Part shown: positions 13,562-26,010 of the stretch, piece after piece
How positions within the stretch are numbered: the first letter of the stretch is position 1
Layout: every line of letters begins with the position of its first letter
Origin: Antedon mediterranea
Lineage: Eukaryota; Animalia; Echinodermata
Reading direction: 5' to 3'
Assembly (NCBI RefSeq): GCF_964355755.1
Contig: NC_092671.1
Span: 7,750,001 to 7,814,000 of the forward strand
Length of the DNA stretch: 64,000 nt
Made by a program: the position numbers and the translations under genes
The notes under the pieces: generated by a model
Databases searched by the model: none
Told to the model about the DNA's origin: nothing
The model's input: the letters and a program-made list of their open reading frames with translations, nothing else

Positions 13562-15024
13562 AAACAAAAATCCAAAAATGCATTTCAATTTCTGATGATT
13601 CATATAAAACCAATGAAATGACATTATGGACAATAATGACAGTTTATAAAGTGGTTCCAGTTTCCGATACTTTATGTATTCCACAAAGTTAAATGGTTTA
13701 TACTGTGTATCTGAACTTTTCCAGAAAGATATTTGTTATCTGCAGTTTTGTAGCCCATTGAAATGAATTGTAAGCCTATTCAGCAGTTTACTTTAATAAG
13801 GGAAAGAAGGAATATAGCCTACACAATAGTGATTAAAATCCAATTCATTAGAGCACTCTAGTGAAAATGTGTTATTGTTTTTTCCATAATAAAGCAGTTA
13901 TTATTTATACCATATTTATATATTTTATTTCTTTGTATTCCATAATTAAATTAAATAAGCTTTTCAATAGTACTTGTAGTGAGAAGTCCTGATATATTTT
14001 TAAAAGTAAGGAAATACAAAACAATCGCACCGAAAAGCTGTGAACATAAAGAAAACGCTATTTACCTTAGTGTACAGTCTGGTGGTGGATCTTTCTTGTA
14101 TGTTCAAATGTACATTTCCACTAGCAGAAATTAGGATATTTGGAAAGTTGTGTTGTGAACACTTGCTGTAATGTCTTGGTTCTTCTATGACCATTTCCCT
14201 GCAACTAAAACCAACCCTAGACCCCTCTGCAAACCACCTTTAAAATATGTGTAAAAAATTCTTTTTATCAAACCAATGGTATGAATTACGAGATTAGATG
14301 GTAAATACCTTCTTTTCTTGACGATTTCGTTGTTTCTATCACGATCAACTTCTTCAGAAGAATAACTTAAAAATATACAGTAGATACCCTTCAAGGATAT
14401 CTGTAATAGGCGTGTCCAAAAGGATGGGGCTATACTGTATTTTCAAACCACATTGTTAGATTAATTTTACTTAATTAAAGTAATTATTTAATTTGTAATG
14501 ACAATAAAAAACAAAAATCCTTATTTACTTTGCATTCTTTATTGCAGAAATAGGTACAGTATGAAGTTGTTATGCTATAGAGGGCAGCAAACTAATAATT
14601 TATTACATCAATTTATGTTTTGTTTATACTTATCTGATTTAATTAAATTGAAATAAATTACAGCTATCCCTATTTATTAAAATAAAATCATTTATATTAT
14701 ATACAGTAACTTTTATCAATTTATTCCTAGAAAATTCATATATAATTTTAATTCAAAGCACTAGAACTTTTTTTCCCAGTGGATATAGTGTTTAAATTTG
14801 TTCCTAACCTAATGTTTTTCCTTCTTAAATAATCAATTTAGTAGGATTTTAAAGACAATAGTTAATTAATTTACTTATAATGAACTATTTTTATTTTAAA
14901 TAAAATTATTTAGTTTAAAATGAAAGTATAAATTCCAATTAAACTGCTGTTCATTAAATCTATCATTTCTAGAGTGAAAAAAAATTATTAAAAAAAACAA
15001 ATTATATATTTTTCACAGATACAA

Positions 15025-18000
15025 TTACTTTCCTGTCACAATCTGTCGAGCTATAAGTTCCTTCATAATCTCATTGCTGCCAGCATAGATAGTTTGTACT
15101 CGAGCATCAGCGAAGGCTCTGGCTATTGGATACTCCCACATGTACCCCCAACCACCGTGCAGTTGTAGGCACTGGGCTGCAACTTTATTCTCCAACTCTG
15201 AACACCTGAAAATGTAATTATTCAGTTAGTATTATATTATTCTCAGAAAGTTCTGTTGAAATTCTTATTCCTCAGGTTTTAATTTAGTGGCATATACTGA
15301 TATTGATAATGAATCCAAATAACCAGATAACCGTAACATTCAACAAATCCTCTACTAAATGTTTCTTTGTGTCGAGCTGCTATAATATAATATATATATA
15401 TATATATATATAATATTATGCTAGCTTCCCCCATTTAAAAAATCCTGGATATACCCCTACCCTTGTAGAGCCCACTCTGAAGAATATAGGCCACTATAAT
15501 GTGCATCAGTTGAGATGTTAACTCTCTATCACAACATGGGACCTAAAACTCTAGACATATCCTTTAAAACATTTGTTTTATTGAATGATATATACACACA
15601 TACCTTACAATATGCATTGTTATATAATATACTATCTAAGGTTGACTCATGTTAGCTTTTTTGTTACGTTTTCTTACCAATACTTTGCCATAGAAGCTGT
15701 CGAAGAATCCAGACGTCCTTCAGAATGCAGTTCAATACACTGATCAACAAAAGCACGTCCAATACAGAGCTCGGTTTTCATTTCGGCTAGCTTGTGTTGA
15801 ACAGTCTGAAATATATATCAAGTAAATCATAACAGTACTGTATTTCTATAAATAATCCAACGTTGTCAAACTATACTGCAGGACATTTTCCAAATGTTCT
15901 GTTGAAGTGAAAATTATTTAAAACGTATTACGTTAATGTATACTGTATGACTCTATGGAGTAAATTCAGTGAAGGTACTGTGAACTCATTTAGAGTTTGC
16001 TTTAAAAACGGGTTACATAAGCTACTGAAATTATCTAGTTATAATAGCCAAAGCATGATGTTTGTTACGAATAACATTCCCTCATTCATAGTTTCAAGAA
16101 CGGAATTCATGCCAGTTGTAATAGTCTAATTAAAACCACAGTCAATGTACGTCCCTACAATTGCATTAATCCCAAATCATCCTACCTGTAAGTTGGCCAG
16201 CGTCTTTCCAAATGCCTTCCTTTCACGGACGTAATTTCTTGTCTCCTCGAACATAAACTCTGCGTGACCGTTCGCCAGATTGGCTACTGTAAGCCGTTCT
16301 CTTGGCAATTGTTCCATGAGGTAGTAGAATCCTTTATTGACCTCTCCCAATACATTGCTTTGAGGAATACGTACATCTTCAAAAAACAGTTCTGATGTGT
16401 CCTAAAATTAAATTAATCATTTTTTTACATATTATTTTATTATTAAATGTATTATTATATATATATATATATTATATTTAGTATGTCACACTTTTAAAAT
16501 ACCACTACTATTGAAAATATGGATAAAGTTAAAGATGGGGCCTCCATACTACTGGCAGGGGCTGACATTTTTATGTAGTGTATGTAGCCTAATTTTTGTG
16601 AGCTATGTTACAAGGAACCATTGCAAAGTAATGTTACACAGTGTCCCAGAAACACTATTACCTTTGTTTGAAATATTTTTTAACTGAATACAGTACCTTA
16701 ATAATGCAGAGAAAATGTGGTTAATTGTAAATGTATGTATATTTAACTTATTGCAATAAGGTAAAACGAATCCTCCTTCGGTCCTGACAATGGTGTGACT
16801 ATTAGTATGAATGTCCCTGTGTCTTTTTGCTACGACATCCCATCCACACAACTAAAGGTTTGCATCTACCCTTGAATATCCTGCTGCCCGGTGTCTTTTT
16901 ACTGTGACAATTCCAGATCCACATTATTAGTGTGGAGCTGGTTGTGAAATAGAAGTTGCAAGGAAATTAATGAATTATGCCCAGGCCCTCTACCTAGGCC
17001 TAATTCTGAAATTAAACTATTATTTATAAGGACTTACAATAGCCTTCTGGCCTATCTTTTGCAAAATTCGTCCCTTCTGAAATCCTGGCATGTCAGCATC
17101 CACCAGAAATAACGTGATTCCGTGAGCTAGTTTCTTGGCATTTGGATCTGTGATGGCGACGACGATGGCAAGATCACACATGTAACCATTCGTTATGAAC
17201 ACCTTGATATCAAATACTGGTAGTTAATAGTTAATAATAAGTTCTACGTTTAAGTAACTTTTATTTAAGATGTCCCCGAAAAACATAAAAAAATAAAGAT
17301 TAATTAAATCATCAATAACGTTTTGTAGTTTTAATAAGTTAATCACTTCCGTAGAAAAAAAAAATGTTTTCCCTTATAAAATGACAAAATAAAGTGTTAA
17401 ATTCAAGTTGACTCCATAATTGTATATTTTGTGTGGTAATAAGTGATAATGATGTACTACACATAATTCATGACGATTGCAAAACAATTATTAACTACGT
17501 GTCACAGCACCCTCTATAACAGGTTGTCCATCTATACTTGTTCCCATTGGTAACCAACAGGATTGAGATAAAGCACTTGAATATCACTATTACTCGCAAT
17601 ATTGGTCAGATGTTTCCCCTACTCTGACGTAATTTGTACTTTATACTAAGTACATTGAGATTACATAACACCCTGATGCAAAGCTACTCCACAGTAGAAC
17701 AATTACAGTATTCTCAGTATATGGCGCAAACTTCAGAGTTTGATTGAATGCAATGTTGAATTTTACAGGATAGAAAATAAAAACTCAAACTAACCTTACT
17801 ACCATTCAAAATCCAGTCATCACCATCTTTTTTTGCAATTGTTTTTATTCCTTGAAGATCACTGTAAAAAAAACCCCAAAACGTGAGGCCTAGCTTGTAG
17901 TTACCTTACTGCTAGTTCAATAGATTTTTACATTTATTTTAATGAATATATACAAAAATTCTATCAATTGAGTAGTAAGAATAATAAACCATTTCCGAGG

Positions 18001-21000
18001 AATATATCTTCAACATGTATCTTCAAATAGAACAATTCAATGGTTTAGTAACAACATTACACCATGTTGAATCCACGGAGCTATAAATTATATAATTTAT
18101 AGGTCTATGTCGAAACCACCAGCAATATTTTTATTCTTTGATTTATAGAGAAACTATGAATAACTTGGTTCCGACGCATTAAAGTTAGCGATAAATGTGT
18201 CCATCAAACCAACTTATCACTATAATAGATGCAACGCAAGCGAGTTGACCAATCACAAGCTACTGTTCAAATAATCCATGAGCTTGTGATGGTCAAATCA
18301 CTTACGTTGCATTACGTCCAAGTATAAGTATGCACAGCCAACTGCAGTAATAAAATTAGACTTTAGATATTTAAATAATTTACTATTTCTTTAAAAAAAA
18401 ATTAATATCTAATATAAAAAATATCTAATATCTAAAAAAATATATATGAGAATTTTACCTTCCGGCAGATGGTTCCGTCATTCCAATTGCCGTGATTATC
18501 TTTCCGGATACTGTTCCTGGAATGTATCTCTCAATTTGCTCCTTGGATCCGTAGTTTACAAGGTAATGAATGTTAACATCATTGTGAATGGGAAAACTAG
18601 GTCCTGGAAAATTTGCATACACTCTAACAAAAATAATATCAGTTAATTATACTATACAACTGTACACACTTTTTACTCGGGGTACCCGAGTCTAGGACTT
18701 ACTCATTTTCTCCTCCTCTTCCTCCATCTGGACACTATTGAGTAAAAAGTGCGATTTTTAAAGTACTACTCCTCCCTTATTAGTTGTAGTATTGAGCTGG
18801 GATTTGGCATGAATATACTACAGGGACATGTCCTCAAATCTATAGAGCCGGATTTTTAAATTTCAAACCGGATGCAGCCATATGACGTCTCGAAGATGGT
18901 ACCATATAGCCGTATTTGGTAGGTTATTGATGTGTATGTGACGTCACATCCCGTCTTATGACGTCATTACAGCTTCATTTGCTGTACCCCAAGTATCGCA
19001 CAATCGTGCTTTTTTGTTAATTAATTTGTTTAATTAAGAAGCCACAATGTGTGACACACCACACAGCGTAAGGTAGTTATATGCGGCTTCTTGGCGTAGT
19101 GGTTATCACGTTTGCTTAACACGCAGAAGGTACCTGGTTCGAGCCCGGGCGAAACTTTTTTTTTAAATTTTATGGTGAAAAGTACTGTATATGCAATATG
19201 ATAATTATACACAGTATATCTTATTTTTATTATTTTTTTAAATAACTATTTTGTGTAATCGGTAATTATCACTTTTACACATGTTTCTTTTGCTTTGTGC
19301 TTATTACACCATATTTATTCTGTAATGTAAATGGATTAAAATACTTTGTGTAACCCACATTTTTAGTGCAAGAGGTTTCGTAGTGTAGTGGTTGTCAAGT
19401 CTGCTTAACAACACGCAGAAGGTCCCGGTTGTTCGAGCCCTGGCGAAACCTATTTTTCTTTAACTTTATGGTGAAATATACTGTATACGTAATATGATAT
19501 AGAGTATATCTCGTTTTATTACTCGGGGTACCTGAGTCTAGGACTCTCTCATCTTTTCCTCTTCTTCTACCATCCAGACACTATTGAGCAAAAAGTGCGA
19601 TTTATAAAGTACTACTCCTCCCTTATTCGTTGTAGTATTGAGCTCGGATTTAGCATGAATATACTACAGGGACATGTCCTCAAAGCTATAGAGCCGGATT
19701 TTTTAATTTCAAACCGGATGCAGCCATATCACGTCTCAAAGATGGTACCGTATAGCCGTATTTGGTAGCACGGTTATTGATGTGTATGTGACGTTACATC
19801 CGGTCTTATGACGTCATTACAGCTTCTTTCGCTGTACCCCGAGTATTGCACATTCGTGCTTGTTGATACTTATTAAGCAAGTTTCTCTACTCAAAATTTT
19901 AATCATTACAGACATTTTATTTTAGTTTTATATACCCGGATTGTAAACGCTTAAGTATGGTTTTTTTTGTCAACCAGCACTATTTAGGAGAGTCTGTTTA
20001 TAGTGACATTTTTATTGCTTTTTGATAATCCCCCAGAATGATGTCCTGGGTTTTTGTATTGTTATCCATCATGTATACTTTATTTTTTTATGTGTGTTAA
20101 TTTATGTTTTCTGGAAAATAAATGAATATTTCTCATTTTTGTCATGGCTTGAAAGTGTCCCCTGAATAAGAGTGTCCCAAAGAACAGAATGACTGTATCA
20201 TATCTAATATTATCAAACTTACTGTTCTTCTAAGACAACATTTGATGAAACATAATCCCCTCCGACGCCACCAAGCTCTTCCGGGACGTCGACTCCGAGG
20301 ATTCCCATTTCTCCAGCTCGTTCCCACACCCAGCGATCAACATAACCTTGCTTTTCCCACCTAAAACAGGATTTAAAGTTAATTTATAAAGTTGTGAAAA
20401 ACATGTAAATAGTGTGTAATCTTTTTACGATCTCCGATACTCACTCATCTTGATGTGGTGATATCTCATCCTTAAAGAACTTCCTGACACTTTCACGGAA
20501 CATATCATGATCAGGAGTCATTATCTTACGTGTACCAATGTCTGTTAGTCTTTCCGCCTGGCCAATTTCTGGACGGGCACAGAATGACCTGAACAATTAA
20601 TAAGGTATTAATTAAAATATCATTTTTTTTCCATCAAATAATTATATGGTGATACACAAAGATTGGTTTAAAACAATGTTAAAAAGTTGTACAAGTTAAA
20701 CAGTTTTTTTAGGTTAATCTTTAACTGTTAACATTAATTTGTAGGGTTCAATTCAATATTTGTTAAATACTTGGGAGTATAATATTATAAAATAATAAGA
20801 TCATCCTTATAAAATAAACCGATCACCATAATTAAATATGGTAAATAAAAAAAAAAAAAGATATATAATATAATTAAAAATAATTTATTGTACAGTACAG
20901 TATAAGCAGAATTTATACAGTGAATAAAAATTAAAGGAATATTTTGGTGAATACTGTAGGTAAATAGCCTGCTTAACAAAAATGTTTTTTCCAATTTCAC

Positions 21001-24000
21001 TACCCAAGTAAAGTTGAACTATCTGATTATGATAAAACGACATTCCTACAAATTAAATTATAACTGAAATCCAACAATTAAACTATACACTTGCAGTATT
21101 AAATTTTGTGGTTTACAGTTAGACACATTAACTCATTACTATAAAAATCAATAAGATTCAGTTATAACATTTTGAAACCCGACTTTTAAATAATTAAGCA
21201 TGGCGTAAGATCATAAGATAAGACTGGGCTGTACTGACGAACAAATAGGCTGGGTAAATAGGGAGCTATGCCTACCACGAGCCCTTCATTCAGTGAGCAT
21301 ATGAAGCTGTTCGTTATCTAACCTTCATGAAAGACATCAATAAATACATTTACATAGTGATTACACTGTTTTAAATTTGGGCCAATTTCAATGATAAGAT
21401 ATAAAACATATACAGCCATTGGAATGAATTCACTTAAATACTTTAGTTGGTTTTCAACATTGAATGTCTACATTATGTTATTTAGTAGTTCAAAGTACAA
21501 AAATACAAATTCATGTGTATTATGAAAGCTTTATGGAGTAAATTAAAAGTTTCATTAACATAACTTGTACCAATTGAGGTACAAGTTACACAAAATTGTC
21601 TATAGGCCTAGCCTATAGTAATTAGGCCTACAATAATTACATTTTGGTTACAGTTCTAACGTCGGAATGCAAGCTTTTGAGATCCAACATTTGGTCCATT
21701 AAAAATCTAATTAAAAATAGCTCAAATATTATGCACATTTTGTTTAAATTATTTATTTATTCTTTCTTTTGACTGGATTGCATTTTCAGTAACGCAGCTT
21801 TTCAAAATACTGATTGGTTGGATAGTACTAATCTGCGCCGGGATGGGTTTTATGATAAAATGTTAATGTTGTACAAGCTACCATTATAATAATGTTAATT
21901 GTGATATTATTTAATTATACTTTTTTATACATTTTTAATGTAAAAAACTGTCAAAATACTAATTAGGTTTATTCCGAAACTGAAGACCGCCCTCTGTGAT
22001 AAGTAATGTTTTTGTGAAGAAGGTGACGATGTGTTTTAGAATGAAAAGTAATATTTAAACTGATTCTGGAAACTAGAGCATGCTAATAATTGATATAATT
22101 TTTATCACAAAACCCTACCGGTCGAAGATTAGTATGACTAGATTGGTTTGACTGCTTGGTTGCCTTGTTGTAGCATTTATTCTGGCTAGATATCAAATGG
22201 ATGTGGGTTAGGTTACAGTAGACGTAATTAGTGTGCAAGATCTCCAACACTGGGCAGTTGCGTTCCGTCATCTGAACTGAACCATGATGGCATTAACTAT
22301 AAGTTAAAAGATTATCTAGCCTAGACTTTGAGCCTTCATATTCATAGGTTTTTTTAAATAACAAAAGAAATCGGGAATTTCGGTTGAATAAAAGGGTGCA
22401 GGTCAAGTCGGCCCTAAACCGTCTCGGCCAAAGTCAAGTCGGCCCCACGTCAAGTTGGCCCCAAGTCAACTCGGCCTCACGTCAACTCGGCCAAAAACTA
22501 ATCGGTCAACTCGGCCACAATAAAGTATGGAACGCAAAAAGTGCTTAATATTATTATGATTCTTATTATCCACGCTTTAAAAAAAAATGAAGAAAAAAAA
22601 AAAAATATATAATTAAATAATATATAAAAAAATGAACTCATTGCCGATATGAATATAAGTACCAGACGTTCCAACCTAAATGAATTAAAAATCGGGAGGG
22701 TATACCGCCACCAACGTTAACACTGTGATGTCTGTCGCCACCAACGTTCAAGAATAAAAGTATACTGTACTACCAACACGATATAATTTATAAAGACAGC
22801 TCTTTGCAAATCAGAGTAATACAAACAAAAAGAAAAGAACTTGTTTGGTGATTATAAATCAAACTTTATTTACTAACTTTATATACACTTAAATAAAAAA
22901 CCATTCACAGTACAGTACAAATCTGTATTTAGTTGTATTAATTCATTAACAAAAATACAAATTAAAACAAACAACTTACTGGAGTGTACAGCAACATCGT
23001 TGATTCCTCCCTGTGAGCATGACAATTCACGTTACAAATAGTGCAAAAAAACTTGTATTCACTCTCGGTAACGTGTTGATTACTCGCACTAACAAACGGA
23101 AACGTATTTTTCCGTTCATTAGAAAATCTAGTTTTATATTTTTTCTTGTTACAGCTTTCTTTAGTCTCTAAAACTACGCTACTACGTTTTTCCGACATTC
23201 TGTAAAACCAGAAAATTTCACGAGTGATTGCAATTCGCGAAAGTATGTACGCAAAATACAGTACTACAAGTACTTTTCCGGTACATGCGCAGTGAGAATA
23301 CATACAGTACTGTACGATGGTACGATCGATGCCTGGGCATTGGAATTGGGTCAAAGAACTTGTAACTAGCAATTTCAGTACACGCGCGCCTACTACTGAT
23401 ACTGTAGATTCATCGCGTACTGTCGGTAAACACAAAGGACGTCGCCTTACAGTACGCTGCACTATGCTATACAATCTTTACATACATTACATGTTCGTTG
23501 TATCATACGGGGTGGTACGTACCGTACGACGTGTGAGATTAAATTAATTTGTACTTTCGTGGGAAGATAGATTTTAATTTAATGCAATAATACTGAATTT
23601 TATAGAAATGTGTGAAATCGGGAGATATATTTAAAATTCGGGAGACCGGGAGGTGATGTTAAAATTCGGGAGGCTCCCGGATAAATCGGGAGGGTTGGAA
23701 CGTCTGAAGTACCCGCGTGTGACAAAAACACGTGCAGGTACCGCATTTTAGTAAATCGAAGACGGAGGCCTACGTTCCACCATTTGGCCATAGAAAAAAT
23801 GATCGTACATCGTTTTTGTCCATGATTTGCGTTTAAAAAAAAGGGGAATCCCCCGGTCAGTGAAAACACGTAGCAGTTGTAGATATCGAAAAAGCTGCCA
23901 AAGGCGCAGGGAGGCGCAGCTACGAATTGTTTTCAATTGTGCAATTTGAAATTTTATTAAACGTATTAATAAAGGAAAGTTGGTGAAATCATTCCTATTT

Positions 24001-24799
24001 TTTTTTGCTAAATATATTATTATTATTATTATTATTTATAGTTAAAAAATTGTGAAGAAATATTATTTTATCAATCCCCTTCATTTGCACTTTTTGCGTT
24101 CCATACTTTAACGGGGCCGAGTTGACTTGAGGCCGAGTTGACTTGAGGCCGAGTTGACTTGAGGCCGAGTTGACTTGAGGCCGAGTTGACTTGAGGCCGA
24201 GTTGACTTGAGGCCGAGTTGACTTGAGGCCGAGTTGACTTGAGGCCGAGTTGACTTGAGGCCGAGTTGACTTGAGGCCGAGTTGACTTGAGGCCGAGTTG
24301 AATTGAGGCCGACTTGACTTTGGCCGAGACGGTTTAGGGCCGACTTGGATCGAAACCGAATAAAACATGAAATGATTCTCTATAGGCCTATAGCTAGCTA
24401 GTATCTAAACTAACTAGCTAGGCTAGACCTAGTCCTCATCATGAAGATATCTTCTGTAATAATAATTATTGATAATCATTAATGGTGTGTAACCGAAACG
24501 GCGGCCAGCATTGTTTTAATAATATGGTGGTTCTTATTGGGCCTGCCTGCCTGGGCGCATTCAGCCCGCTGATCGGGGTAGTGTATGGCAACCGGCCTAG
24601 CTAGGCCTAGGCCTAGTGTAGAACTAAGAATAGGCTAAGTCAGACTGACAGGGGGCCTAGCCTAGCTAGATTAGTAGGTTATGCTTCTTAGTTAGCTTCT
24701 TACGCCTTACCGTTTATTTAAAATTGCATGAACACATGGTATACTACGCCCAATTCCCGTATTCTTCAAAACACTGGAACAAACTGTTCGTAACATCAT
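15025..24799 (-). CDS. ACADL: Long-chain specific acyl-CoA dehydrogenase, mitochondrial, 430 aa, 9 coding exons
   Basis: Exons in transcript order: 24799-24711, 20588-20445, 20360-20223, 18623-18459, 17861-17795, 17202-17038, 16401-16186, 15805-15678, 15205-15025. Total 1293 nt, all GT-AG and in phase. Motifs: AIGMTEPSAGSDLQGIKT, WILNGSKVFITNG, DTSELFFEDVR, GFYYLMEQLPRERL (LCAD-type catalytic Glu), QLHGGWGYMWEYPIAR, and IYAGSNEIMKELIAR (no MCAD-type Glu). Exon 1 (MMLRTVCSSVLKNTGIGRS...) looks like a basic mitochondrial presequence and is less certain than the rest. Confidence 0.95.
18215..18335. mobile_element. Degenerate palindromic MITE related to the pair at 26011-26395
   Basis: Shares AACGCAAG.GA.TTGACCAATCACAAGC with 26052-26079 and carries its inverted counterpart GCTTGTGATGGTCAA...CGTTGCAT. 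Confidence 0.6.
18671..19018 (+). mobile_element. Helentron-associated non-autonomous element (HINE/DINE-1-like), copy 1
   Basis: 5' subterminal IR TACTCGGGGTAC (18674) folds back locally (ACTCGGG-GTA-CCCGAGT). 3' subterminal IR GTACCCCAAGTA (18984), then stem-loop GCAC-AATC-GTGC (18998-19009). T-rich flanks, no TSD, internal TCC microsatellite. Highly similar to 19517-19864. Confidence 0.75.
19085..19157 (+). tRNA. tRNA-Val(AAC), probably a pseudogene (two acceptor-stem mismatches)
   Basis: GGCTTCTTGGCGTAGTGGTTATCACGTTTGCTTAACACGCAGAAGGTACCTGGTTCGAGCCCGGGCGAAACT has intact A/B boxes, anticodon AAC at 19118-19120 and a following T-run (Pol III terminator). The acceptor stem has C:A and T:C mismatches. 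Confidence 0.8.
19374..19451 (+). pseudogene. tRNA-Val(AAC) pseudogene with expanded anticodon loop
   Basis: Perfect acceptor stem GGTTTCG/CGAAACC, but the anticodon loop reads TTAACAACAC (3-nt duplication), the T arm has extra bases and the D stem has a mismatch. Confidence 0.8.
19517..19864 (+). mobile_element. Helentron-associated non-autonomous element (HINE/DINE-1-like), copy 2
   Basis: Perfect subterminal IR TACTCGGGGTAC (19520) / GTACCCCGAGTA (19834), stem-loop GCAC-ATTC-GTGC (19848-19859), then TTGTT. Direct repeat of copy 1. Confidence 0.75.
22663..23706 (-). mobile_element. Internally deleted hAT-like DNA transposon nested in the foldback element
   Basis: 14-bp TIR CAGACGTTCCAACC / GGTTGGAACGTCTG. 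6-bp TSD AAGTAC at 22657-22662 and 23707-23712. Subterminal TCGGGAG repeats. Minus-strand remnant MSEKRS...KYKTRFSNERKNTFPFV...FCTICNVN, then after a 1-nt frameshift LSCSQGGINDVAVH, resembles the N-terminal zinc finger of hAT transposases. Confidence 0.8.
24115..24306. repeat. 16-bp tandem array (GGCCGAGTTGACTTGA), 11 perfect copies plus 1 variant, inside the right TIR
   Basis: Directly visible. Produces the spurious ORF 24108-24368. Confidence 0.95.
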
Positions 24800-26010
24800 A
24801 CAAGTCTAGGCCTTTATATGATAGAATTAATAATAACAAAAAAGTTTACTCCCGTTTTGCCGTCCTTTTAAATTTCTCGCTCGTGTGTTTTTACCACCGT
24901 ACCTGCTTAAGGATGAGGGCAGCAAACACATTTATCTTACAATATCCAAAGATATCTCTGACAATTTATTCATTCATTCAATCATCCAATCTTTTATTTC
25001 GGAACATCTGGTCCATAAAAAGAAAAATTACATAAAATTTATTAAAAATAAACAAACCTGTACTAATTACTACTACTCATCTCATGATGGCATTCAACCT
25101 GGAGAGCATCTTTGACTTATATAAGACGTTGCCTATAATCGTTGAGACTAAAACATCACTTGAATACGTTTTTAATAATTTGGCTGTAGTTTGTACACTG
25201 TTACTGTGCCTTGTACCTCCTTAATATGATTTTAATCATTATGTATTTTATAATCTACAATTACGTTAGGATTTACATAGTAGTTCCTAGACTATTTATG
25301 TTATAAGACATTCTTTTAAAAAATGCGCGTATTATCTCAAAGGCATTTTAGTTACCATTCAGGCCCTTAAGTACCTCACCAAAATGTTTTGATTGAATCG
25401 AACCATCTAATCGTAGAAACATACAGAATGGAAAAAATAATACGATGCTTTAATAGACCACGATATATTATAAATGCCAGATATAGGTCTAGGTGAATGA
25501 CCAAGAGAGTGTGTGAGTTTGGTCAATTTCGGGTTAAGAACAGTAGGCCTACAACAGGAACATCTCATGGGTACCAATACAGATTTAAACAATGATATGT
25601 TTTCATGTTGTTTAATCCGCATATGAAGATTATAAACCGATGTGAATAGGCCTAAAACATGTAGATCTAGGCCTACTCAGATTGTTAATCATCGCATTAT
25701 AATCTCTCTTCAATAGGCCTACAAAGCTTGATAAATAAACTTTCTTTATTGTGTAGGCCTATTGTAGGTCTATATCTCACCTTTAATGTCAATCTTTTAA
25801 AACATGTTATATATATGATTTTATAAAATGTTACGTTTTTAATTATAGCGTTTATATTTATATAAATGTATTTTTCAATCTTTTATCTCATGATTTTATC
25901 CTAATAATGTTTAACTTTTTTAAAATCACATCACCCTCTTCTTTCTTGTAATCTTGTTGATTTTTTACCAGTGAATGAATGAATGAAAAGCGCCACGGTA
26001 CGACATCTAA

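Larger units (their letters stand above)
22394..24357. mobile_element. Foldback/Mutator-like non-autonomous DNA transposon with long, internally repetitive TIRs
   Basis: 8-bp TSD GAATAAAA at 22386-22393 and 24358-24365. TIRs about 22394-22544 and 24087-24357 share CAAGTCGGCCCTAAACCGTCTCGGCCAAAGTCAAGTCGGCC and TAAAGTATGGAACGCAAAAAGTGC in inverted orientation. Lies in ACADL intron 1. Confidence 0.85.

Noticed and set aside
18080-18101. 22-bp perfect palindrome CTATAAATTATATAATTTATAG
   Set aside because: AT-rich and probably the centre of a tiny decayed MITE; nothing supports a function.
24108-24368. Regular repeat array that might be taken for a CRISPR array or a repeat protein
   Set aside because: Head-to-tail 16-bp units with no spacers, inside a transposon TIR, in a eukaryotic genome with no cas genes.
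24440-24511. ATGCTGGCCGCC on the minus strand as an alternative ACADL start
   Set aside because: Stops after 10 codons and has no phase-2 donor; 24799-24711 fits much better.
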